Source: Candidatus Micrarchaeota archaeon (GTDB lineage: Archaea; Micrarchaeota; Micrarchaeia; Micrarchaeales; CABMGC01). From it: DNA of 34,501 nt. Position numbers and translations under genes: made by a program. The stretch covers positions 1-34,501 of the forward strand of contig JASHTX010000020.1 of assembly GCA_030040335.1 (NCBI GenBank), in the 5' to 3' direction. Below are positions 17,705 through 24,859 of the stretch, piece by piece. Within the stretch, counting starts at the first letter, position 1, and the number at the start of each line of letters is the position of its first letter. The notes under the pieces were generated by a model. That model was not told where the DNA came from, made no database searches, and saw only the letters and a program-made list of their open reading frames with translations.

Positions 17705-17796
17705 AAAATCAGCACCGATTACGCATCAAGATATAAGAGATGCTATTTTTATTCCTTTTGGAATGTTTAGGGTTTTGCGAGGGGCTTGCGGCTCTG

Positions 17797-19578
17797 CTAC
17801 TCTGACTGCGCACCTTGCCAGCCGGCTCCAGCGTCCTTTTCTCGCTTCCTGTCCTTGCTAGGCAACACGGATGCTATCGCGGCTATGAGCGACATCACCG
17901 CACCTGTATACAGAACCACCCTCATGCCGCTTATGAACGGGTCAGAGATCAGGCTCGGGAAGAAGTTTGTGCCGACTATGGTGCTCTCGTTACGGGCCGG
18001 CAGGGAGTTAAGCGTACTGTTCGGAAGGAGCAGCTTCATCGGGTTGTAACCGAGCAGCGCTGCGAAGAGCGCAGAAGTCGGAGGTATGCTTGAGACCTCC
18101 GCAGCGACCGTTGTGTTGACCTTCTGAGCAACCAGGCCGTTGTACAATGTATGCATGAGCGTGGCCGAGATGCCGCCCACAAGCAGGCTGAAGAATATCA
18201 CAAGGCTGAACATGAAGGATATATTGACAAGCGTGGCCCTCATTCCTGACGAAACGCCACGGTACTCGGGAGGTGCCGCGTTCATCACCCACGCCGTGTT
18301 GGGAGATGCGAACATGCCCTGCCCTATGCCGAGGAAGAAGATTATCAGCGCAAACGGTACATAGCTGAAGTTGGCTGGCAATGACGCCAGCGCTATGAAG
18401 CCCGCAACGTTTATGAGCATGCCTGCGGTTGTGAAAGGCCTTGCACCGTACTTGTCAGAGAGGTAGCCGGATATCGGACCTGCCACCAGGAAGCCTATGA
18501 TCAGCGGAGACATGAGTATTGCAGCCTGGAGGGGCGTGTTCTGGAAGCTCACTCCGTGAAGCGGCAGCCAGACGCCCTGCAGCCAGATAACAAGCATGAA
18601 CTGCAATCCTCCTCTTGCCATGCCCGCGAGGAAAAGGCTGAGGTTGCCGGCCGCGAATGCCTCTATCTTGAAGAGCGAAAGGTTGAAGAGTGGAGCTTTG
18701 GCCCTGAGCTCCACGAATATGAATGCGACGAAAAGCAGGAAACCCACAACAATCCCGAGCTGCACTATGGGATCAGACCAGCCCGTACTCTGGGATCCGT
18801 ATGGCAGCAGGCCGTAGGTCAATGAAAGCAGGACAATGCTGACCGATGCAGCAAAGGTTATGTTTCCGAGAGGGTCGAACTTCTGGTTTTTCTTCAGCAC
18901 TGCGATCTCGTGCAACGCGAGGTAAGCCCATATGGCGCCTATGACACCTATCGGCACGCTTATCATGAAGATCAGGTGCCAGTCTATGGCGGCAAGAAAG
19001 CCACCCACAAAAAGGCCTATCAGGCTACCGCCTATGAATGCGATGGAGTTTATTCCGAGTGCCTTGCCCCTTTCGTCTGCTGGAAAGGCGTCGGTAAGTA
19101 TCGCTGCGCTGTTTGCAAAGAGAAACCCGCCTCCGAGTCCCTGCACAAGCCTGAGAACCGTTATTGAGAGAATGCCCGCATCGCCAGTTACGAAGTACGA
19201 GGAGATGTAGATCAGGGTTGATGCGATGGCAAAGACCGCAAAGCCGAGGTTGTATATCTTGACCCTGCCGAACATGTCAGAGAGCCGGCCTATGGTCACC
19301 ACTACAACAGATGTCATTATAGTATAACCAAGAAGAAGCCAGAGAAGCAGGTCGACGTTCCCCGCAACGAGCGGGTTGACACCTAGACCGTTGAAGATTG
19401 CGGGCAGGGAGATCAGCAGGATAGAACCGTCTATCGAGGCCATAAGCGCCCCGATGGTCGTGTTGGAGAGCGCGACCCATTTATAGTGAACACCGAACTT
19501 CGACTCCCGCTCCCGTTCCTCCACGTCGTACCGCGATGCCTCTACGTCGTGTTTTGCCTTGGAACGCTTTGCATCCAT
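17797..19578 (-). CDS. MFS transporter, 14-TMS drug:H+ antiporter (DHA2/EmrB-like)
   Basis: 593 aa. MFS motif A is GRLSDMFGRVKIY after TM2. There are about 14 hydrophobic helices and a long polar N-terminus. Confidence 0.9.
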   Translation of the reverse strand: MDAKRSKAKHDVEASRYDVEERERESKFGVHYKWVALSNTTIGALMASIDGSILLISLPAIFNGLGVNPLVAGNVDLLLWLLLGYTIMTSVVVVTIGRLSDMFGRVKIYNLGFAVFAIASTLIYISSYFVTGDAGILSITVLRLVQGLGGGFLFANSAAILTDAFPADERGKALGINSIAFIGGSLIGLFVGGFLAAIDWHLIFMISVPIGVIGAIWAYLALHEIAVLKKNQKFDPLGNITFAASVSIVLLSLTYGLLPYGSQSTGWSDPIVQLGIVVGFLLFVAFIFVELRAKAPLFNLSLFKIEAFAAGNLSLFLAGMARGGLQFMLVIWLQGVWLPLHGVSFQNTPLQAAILMSPLIIGFLVAGPISGYLSDKYGARPFTTAGMLINVAGFIALASLPANFSYVPFALIIFFLGIGQGMFASPNTAWVMNAAPPEYRGVSSGMRATLVNISFMFSLVIFFSLLVGGISATLMHTLYNGLVAQKVNTTVAAEVSSIPPTSALFAALLGYNPMKLLLPNSTLNSLPARNESTIVGTNFFPSLISDPFISGMRVVLYTGAVMSLIAAIASVLPSKDRKREKDAGAGWQGAQSE

Positions 19579-19659
19579 TTTTTCTTGTCCCTAAGAGTAC
19601 AGGAGTTACAATACACAATATAAATATTAAAACGTTTTACACAATCTCTTAGGGATGCG

Positions 19660-20613
19660 GTGCAAGATGCAAGGAAAGGAGGAAGAGGAGTTCGCAAAGC
19701 CCAATCTGCAATAGAATATCTTTCAATCTACGGCTGGGCGGCGTTGCTGATAGCAATCGTGATGATAGTCCTGTTTGAACTTGGCGTCTTCAATACTCTC
19801 CTTGTAGGTCCGAGGGTGCAGCCAGGCAGCTGCCAGGTGACAAGGCCCAACGGTCCGGGCACCACATATTTCATGAGGATAGTGGGCGCGTGCAACGGTG
19901 CGTTGCCCGAATACGTAATGGTCGCGCATCAGGCAGGAGAGTACGTTGAGGTGGCCAACTCCAGCCATGCATGGAGCCAGCTGAACGTGCTTGGCAACCA
20001 GATAACAGTCGCGGTATGGGTAGACATCTACGGCGCACCATACCACGATGTGGTCGACAAGGAGTATCAGTACGGCATGAAGCTTGATCTTGACAACGAG
20101 CCGAATCCCTGCTTCCCGAGCGACAACACAGGTCTCTGCCTCGAGTGGGACACGTACGACAACTGGGCCGGAGTGGGCCCGAGCGAACCGATACCGGGCG
20201 GCGGCTTTGACAAGTGGATATTCCTGGCAGCGACGATGAATGGAAAGGTCAAAGACTGGTATGCGAATGGAAACTTCATAGGAAGCCAGGACGGCGGCAA
20301 CACGCTGGAATACGTGGATTCCAACCTCTCGATAGGCGCAATTTCAACTGGCTGGACGGGATACGGAGACGCGGAATGGTTCAACGGCACGATAGCAAAC
20401 GTGCAGGTCTACAACACAAGCCTGACTCCAAATGAGATAGAGCAGCTGTATGTAGGCGGGATAGGCTCGCCGCCAATAAGCCTCTCCAACCTGGTCGGAT
20501 GGTGGCCGCTCAACGGCAACGGAAACGACTACAGCGGAAACAACGATAGTGCGCTGACGATAAGCAACGTCTCGTTTACAAACGACTGGACATCGCAATA
20601 CGCCATAACCTGA
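19660..20613 (+). CDS. class III signal peptide (type IV pilin-like) protein with LamG/concanavalin-like domain
   Basis: GTG start. The N-terminus is MQDARKGGRGVRKA|QSAIEYLSIYGWAALLIAIVMIVLF: a charged leader, small residue before Q, E at +5 and a roughly 20-aa hydrophobic helix. The C-terminal half has the LamG signature WFNGTIANVQVYNTSLTPNEIEQLY followed by GWWPLNGNGNDYSGNN. TATA-like AATATAAATATTAA sits at about 19617-19630. Confidence 0.82.
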   Translation: MQDARKGGRGVRKAQSAIEYLSIYGWAALLIAIVMIVLFELGVFNTLLVGPRVQPGSCQVTRPNGPGTTYFMRIVGACNGALPEYVMVAHQAGEYVEVANSSHAWSQLNVLGNQITVAVWVDIYGAPYHDVVDKEYQYGMKLDLDNEPNPCFPSDNTGLCLEWDTYDNWAGVGPSEPIPGGGFDKWIFLAATMNGKVKDWYANGNFIGSQDGGNTLEYVDSNLSIGAISTGWTGYGDAEWFNGTIANVQVYNTSLTPNEIEQLYVGGIGSPPISLSNLVGWWPLNGNGNDYSGNNDSALTISNVSFTNDWTSQYAIT

Positions 20614-20692
20614 TCTGCGAGTTCAGGCAGAGTTACATTTCTTGGCGAAAAGGATTTATATTCGGGCTAAAAAAGGAGTGAGGGAGGTTTGG

Positions 20693-20902
20693 ATGACACA
20701 CGCACGCAAAACCGATGTTGACCTAAGCACCAGCTTGAGCAAGACTACATTCCGCAAATACACTTTGTCAGGCATCTTATCAGCAGGTAAGGGAAATCAG
20801 AAACCCAGCGGTCTTCTCTTTACAGACGCTTCCGGTCTGGAGGAACCGCCTCTGCCTGTTACAAGAGACGGCCAGAAAAAAGTTACGCGGAGAAATGAGT
20901 GA
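20693..20902 (+). CDS. possible small basic protein (69 aa); uncertain
   Basis: This is the in-frame ATG inside track ORF 20642..20902. It is preceded by GGGAGGT (20682-20688) and by a TATA-like GATTTATATT (20653-20662). No recognisable family, and composition alone does not establish coding. Confidence 0.3.
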   Translation: MTHARKTDVDLSTSLSKTTFRKYTLSGILSAGKGNQKPSGLLFTDASGLEEPPLPVTRDGQKKVTRRNE

Positions 20903-20929
20903 CCTTCGCAGAAACGGTGCGGCTGGATC

Positions 20930-21547
20930 GTGACTGAACCGTACAATCTTGCTACTAGCAGAAATACCTTTGCGCCCATGTATTCAGCGATGGAGAAGAT
21001 ACCAAAAACCGCAAAACGGGTCTTCAAGGGAACCATATTTGACGTATACCAGTGGAAACAGAAAACGTTCGACGGTTCCTACGAGCTTTACGAAGCAGTG
21101 AAGAGACTGGATACGGTAATAATAATCCCGACGCTTGGAAGCAGGGTCGTTGTCGTAAAGGAAAGGCAGCCGCGTGTGCCGGAATCGCTTGGGTTCATCA
21201 GCGGGAGGATTGAAAGAAAGGAGAAACCGCTTGATGCTGCGAAAAGGGAACTGTTGGAAGAGACCGGCATGAAAGCCCGTTCCTGGAAACTGCTCAAAGG
21301 CTACGACATGCCTGGCGGCACAAAGATAGCTTGGAAAGGATACCTGTATGCTGCTCGGGAATGCAAAAGAGTCTCTGAACCGATACTCGAACCAGGCGAA
21401 TTGATAGAACCTCGGCTTGTAAGTTTTGAGTTTGCGCTATCAATGCCGGAGAAAATAGTGCGCGCAGATCCTTTCCTGATTGAATATTTCCGCAAAATCA
21501 GGAAAAGCGGCAGGATGAAGGCGTGGTTCAAGAGCCAGCTATTCTGA
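20930..21547 (+). CDS. NUDIX hydrolase (ADP-ribose pyrophosphatase-like)
   Basis: A perfect Nudix box is present: GRIERKEKPLDAAKRELLEETGM (Gx5Ex7REUxEExGU). The start is uncertain: GTG 20930, ATG 20978 and ATG 20990 are all in frame. Confidence 0.85.
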   Translation: MTEPYNLATSRNTFAPMYSAMEKIPKTAKRVFKGTIFDVYQWKQKTFDGSYELYEAVKRLDTVIIIPTLGSRVVVVKERQPRVPESLGFISGRIERKEKPLDAAKRELLEETGMKARSWKLLKGYDMPGGTKIAWKGYLYAARECKRVSEPILEPGELIEPRLVSFEFALSMPEKIVRADPFLIEYFRKIRKSGRMKAWFKSQLF

Positions 21548-21625
21548 AGCTTGTTGCGGCGAGTCTGCGAACGCGTCGACATTTCCTATTTATAGTTTTG
21601 CTCTGAATCTAGTATTGGATGCGGC

Positions 21626-22051
21626 ATGCAGGGAAGCGAACTGACCGACCACATAATCGTCTGCGGATACGGGCTTGTCGGCGAGAAGATCGTGGACATA
21701 CTCAGGGAACACTCGATAAAGTTCGTGGTTGTGGAACAGAACAAGGAAAAGGTGGATTTCCTCAATGAGAGGGGCGTGACCGCGATTCTTGGAGATGCGA
21801 CATCTTCCAAGGTCCTTCGCGCAGCGGGAATAGAGAATGCGAGGGCAATCGCGGTGGCGATGGACGACGATGCGAAGAACATGTTTACAGTGATAACAGC
21901 GAAAAGCCTCAACGAGAAGATAATAATTGCGACCAGGGCAAATGATGAGTTCCTGAAAGACAAGCTCAAGGAAGCCGGCGCGAGGTTCGTCGCAACCCCG
22001 AACAAGTCGGCAAGCGATGAGCTGTTCAAGGAGCTGGCTAAGGGCACGTAG
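21626..22051 (+). CDS. soluble RCK/TrkA-N domain protein
   Basis: 141 aa. It has a Rossmann GxGxxG in IIVCGYGLVGEKIV and a typical TrkA_N sequence (AILGDATSSKVLRAAGIENARAIAVAMDDD). TATTTATA lies at 21587-21594. Confidence 0.88.
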   Translation: MQGSELTDHIIVCGYGLVGEKIVDILREHSIKFVVVEQNKEKVDFLNERGVTAILGDATSSKVLRAAGIENARAIAVAMDDDAKNMFTVITAKSLNEKIIIATRANDEFLKDKLKEAGARFVATPNKSASDELFKELAKGT

Positions 22052-22056
22052 GTTGT

Positions 22057-22827
22057 TTGATGCAGACGAGCAAAGAAGAGACCTTCAACGTCATGACTCT
22101 CGCGCTCATCATGGCTTTCGCGATCTTCATCATGACGATGCTGATACTGTGGGTCGTGACAAAGAACCTCTACCTGGACTACTACTTTACGCTTGAGTCA
22201 TTCTTCAACGCGCAGAACACGGCAGCATCGGAGGCCCTGGCTAGCGTCGCCTTCTCGAAGAACCTCGGCCAGTTTCTGCTGATACTTTTTGTAGTGGTTG
22301 TGGACAACCTGGGCAGGATATTCATAGTCAGCTTCATAATAGCCGCGGTGATTGACTTCCTCAACTACGCAAATGTCGAGGCGATAATAAACGATCTTCG
22401 GGCTGGCGCCTTGAGGAACCACGTGATACTCTGCGGCTACAACGAAATAGCAGACAAGCTTGCCGCTAAGTTCAAGGAGCAGAACATCAGGTTCATAGTC
22501 GTGGAGCCGAAGGTAGGCAAGGGCATAGAGCTTAACGAGAAGAAGATACTCAACGTCGAAGGGGACTTCACGAAGGCCGAGACGCTGAAGACCGCGGGCA
22601 TAGAAAAGGCAAGGGCCATACTCTTCATATCTTACAGCGACATAGACAACGTGGTGGGCTCGCTGGTCGCGAAGAAGCTGAATCCGAAGATAAAGATACT
22701 CAGCAGGATAAGCGAGGAGAGCGTGAGGAAGAAGGTCTATGGGATAGGAACGTACATGGCGGTGATACCCGAGCACCTTGCGGGCATAGAGATGGGAGAG
22801 TACATGGCAAGGCTTTATGGTGCGTAA
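22057..22827 (+). CDS. membrane protein with C-terminal RCK/TrkA-N domain (channel-like, no K+ signature)
   Basis: 256 aa. Two to three N-terminal hydrophobic helices precede an RCK domain (HVILCGYNEIADKLAAKF...VEGDFTKAETLKTAGIEKARAILF). It starts 5 nt after the upstream gene. Confidence 0.78.
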   Translation: MMQTSKEETFNVMTLALIMAFAIFIMTMLILWVVTKNLYLDYYFTLESFFNAQNTAASEALASVAFSKNLGQFLLILFVVVVDNLGRIFIVSFIIAAVIDFLNYANVEAIINDLRAGALRNHVILCGYNEIADKLAAKFKEQNIRFIVVEPKVGKGIELNEKKILNVEGDFTKAETLKTAGIEKARAILFISYSDIDNVVGSLVAKKLNPKIKILSRISEESVRKKVYGIGTYMAVIPEHLAGIEMGEYMARLYGA

Positions 22828-23553
22828 ATGGCCAGGTTGAGGATAATACACATAATTTCGGTCATGCTGATAATAATGATCTTCATAGTCTCGGTCATAT
22901 TCGTGATCCTTTCAGGCTATACCCCGCTTGATGCGGTCATCTTCAGTTTCATGAACGTTATAGGCGCGACCTTCCCTCCCAACTCGGCGCTGCTCGACGC
23001 GGAGAGTCCGCTAATACTCATGACCGTGGCCCTTGGCATCTTCGCGAACGTGGTGCTGACAATCACCTTCACGACAATATTTTACGAGCTGCTTGGCGGA
23101 ATAGACCTGCGCTACATGCTGATGAAAAGGAAACTCAGCGGCCTGAACAAGCACGCGATAATAACGCCGATAAACGGGATGGGGCTGGAGCTGGCCAACA
23201 AGCTGAAGGCTTTCGGAGTGCCTGTCGTCTTTGTGGACAACAACCCAGCGATGATCAGGAAGGCGATAAGGGAGGGCATGCTAGTGGTGCACGGGGACGC
23301 GGAGAATCCCAACAGCCTCACTGACGCGCACATAAACTACGCAATAGGGCTCTACGCACTCTACGACGATGACGTGAAGAACACCTTCATCACCATAGAG
23401 GCAAAGCGGATGGAAAGAAGCATAAGGGTAATAACAAGGATAAAGAGGCTGGAGGACCTGATAAAGATGGAAAGGGCGGGAGCGAACAGGGTCATGCTGC
23501 CCGAAGCAGCGGTGGGCATAGAGATAGGGGATTTCCTCGTTACCAGCACCTGA
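22828..23553 (+). CDS. membrane protein with C-terminal RCK/TrkA-N domain (channel-like, degenerate pore loop)
   Basis: 241 aa. Its ATG abuts the upstream TAA. The layout is TM, then a re-entrant-like segment (DAVIFSFMNVIGATFPPNS), then TM, then an RCK domain (VVHGDAENPNSLTDAHINYAIGL). Confidence 0.75.
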   Translation: MARLRIIHIISVMLIIMIFIVSVIFVILSGYTPLDAVIFSFMNVIGATFPPNSALLDAESPLILMTVALGIFANVVLTITFTTIFYELLGGIDLRYMLMKRKLSGLNKHAIITPINGMGLELANKLKAFGVPVVFVDNNPAMIRKAIREGMLVVHGDAENPNSLTDAHINYAIGLYALYDDDVKNTFITIEAKRMERSIRVITRIKRLEDLIKMERAGANRVMLPEAAVGIEIGDFLVTST

Positions 23554-23587
23554 CCCTTCATTAAAGACCGATCCTCTAGCAAAGAGC

Positions 23588-23600
23588 TATATCTTTTAAT
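23588..23600 (+). promoter_or_regulatory. TATA-like box TATATCTTTTAAT upstream of the pilus-machinery operon
   Basis: Its centre is about 27-29 nt upstream of the ATG at 23623 (MADQPAPNQ...). That fits a leaderless transcript starting at the second in-frame ATG rather than at 23605. Confidence 0.4.
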
Positions 23601-23604
23601 TGCT

Positions 23605-24855
23605 ATGTTACCATGTGTATACATGGCAGACCAGCCAGCTCCGAACCAGCCAGCCGGAGAACAGCCGATAACGACCAGCATCGACGACCTGGTCAAGTAT
23701 CTGAACGAACACGGCGAGACCGACTCTACCACGCTTTCCGGCTCACTGAGGGTTAGCGAGAGGATCATAGAGACGTGGAGCGACGTCCTCGAGAAGGCGA
23801 AGATCGTAAAGATAAACTACAGACTGGGCAAGATGTTCATATCGCCTATGGTTGCGACCAAGGAGGGCGCAGACGTGGCGAAGAAGACCGTGGAGCTCAA
23901 GAAAGGAGTGGCGGAGATGGAGCTCACCACGCAGATAGTCATGATAAACCAGATCAACACCAAGCTCGACGAGTTCAAGAGATACGTTGCAGGGGCAGAG
24001 GTGGCGTTCAAGTCGAAGGCGGGCCAGCTCAAGGACATGCTCGACGAGCTGGAGAAGGTAAGCCAGCAGATAGACAGCTCGTACACGAAACTGAAGGAGA
24101 AGAAGGACTTCGTGGACCAGCTTGCAGGCAAGCTCGACAAGGAGATGGGAGATCTTCAGGAGAGGGCCACCAAAGGCATGGAGATTTCAGGCAATACCGA
24201 GGCGGACTCGAAGAGGCTTCTCTCCGAAACGAAGATGAACCTCGACAACGCGGACAACAGGATAAGGACGCTGAACGAGGAATTCAACAAGAGTATGGAA
24301 AGCAACAGGAAGACATTCGAGGAGAGCCTGAACGGGATAAGGAACGAGATGCGGTCGCTGAGGGAGATAGTGAGCCAGCAGGAGAAGGAGCAGCACGAGT
24401 ATGCGGCGTTCATAAACTCGTACAAGAGGGAATCAGATTCGATAAAGCGGAACGTCGCGAAGGAGAGGAGCAGGATGATGGACGAGATAACAAGGGCGAG
24501 CGGCGAGGTGGGAAAGATGTACGCCGTGGCCGAGGCGCAGATTCTGGGGGCCAAGAGGACGCTCGAAGACATCAAGAGCCAGTTCGGCGGCTATGCTGAC
24601 CTGAGCGACAAGCTGAACGGGATAAAGAACAACATAGACTCGATAACCAGGCAGAAGGACGAGGTGCAGAAGGAGCTCGAGGAGCTTCAGGAGCAGCTGA
24701 AGGCGCTCTCGGCTCTAGACGACACAAAGGTGGCCCAGAAGAGCATGGTGATGAAAAGGATAACTGACAAGGTCTCCAAGGCGGGCAAGAAGATTGAGGT
24801 GCTGGAGAGAGACACGGACACGGTGAAGAGAAACATAGACGATATGGCGAAGTGA
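23605..24855 (+). CDS. wHTH-like N-terminal domain plus roughly 300-aa coiled-coil protein; first gene of the type IV filament operon
   Basis: 416 aa, or 410 aa if it starts at 23623. The N-terminus SIDDLVKYLNEHGETDSTTLSGSLRVSERIIETWSDVLEKAKIVKINY is wHTH-like. The rest is K/E/D/L-rich heptad-like sequence with no TM helix. It ends 4 nt before the ATPase gene. Confidence 0.8.
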   Translation: MLPCVYMADQPAPNQPAGEQPITTSIDDLVKYLNEHGETDSTTLSGSLRVSERIIETWSDVLEKAKIVKINYRLGKMFISPMVATKEGADVAKKTVELKKGVAEMELTTQIVMINQINTKLDEFKRYVAGAEVAFKSKAGQLKDMLDELEKVSQQIDSSYTKLKEKKDFVDQLAGKLDKEMGDLQERATKGMEISGNTEADSKRLLSETKMNLDNADNRIRTLNEEFNKSMESNRKTFEESLNGIRNEMRSLREIVSQQEKEQHEYAAFINSYKRESDSIKRNVAKERSRMMDEITRASGEVGKMYAVAEAQILGAKRTLEDIKSQFGGYADLSDKLNGIKNNIDSITRQKDEVQKELEELQEQLKALSALDDTKVAQKSMVMKRITDKVSKAGKKIEVLERDTDTVKRNIDDMAK

Positions 24856-24859
24856 GCCG

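Noticed and set aside
20614-20929. SRP (7S) RNA or RNase P RNA in the long intergenic gap
   Set aside because: I could not find the conserved SRP helix-8 GGAA/AGCA-type motifs or RNase P CR-I/CR-V-like elements, and no long-range helices were evident by eye. It is kept only as an unassigned region in the findings.
22198-22851. 217-aa Tyr/Leu/Arg-rich ORF on the minus strand
   Set aside because: It is antisense to the RCK-domain membrane gene, whose TrkA-N motifs fix the coding strand.
23775-24599. 274-aa R/G/E/D-rich ORF in an alternative + frame, and minus-strand ORFs 23817..24140, 24156..24575 and 24572..24874
   Set aside because: These are by-products of the purine-rich codon bias of the coiled-coil gene. 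The 23605 frame is continuous for 416 codons, has heptad character and is coupled to the ATPase gene.
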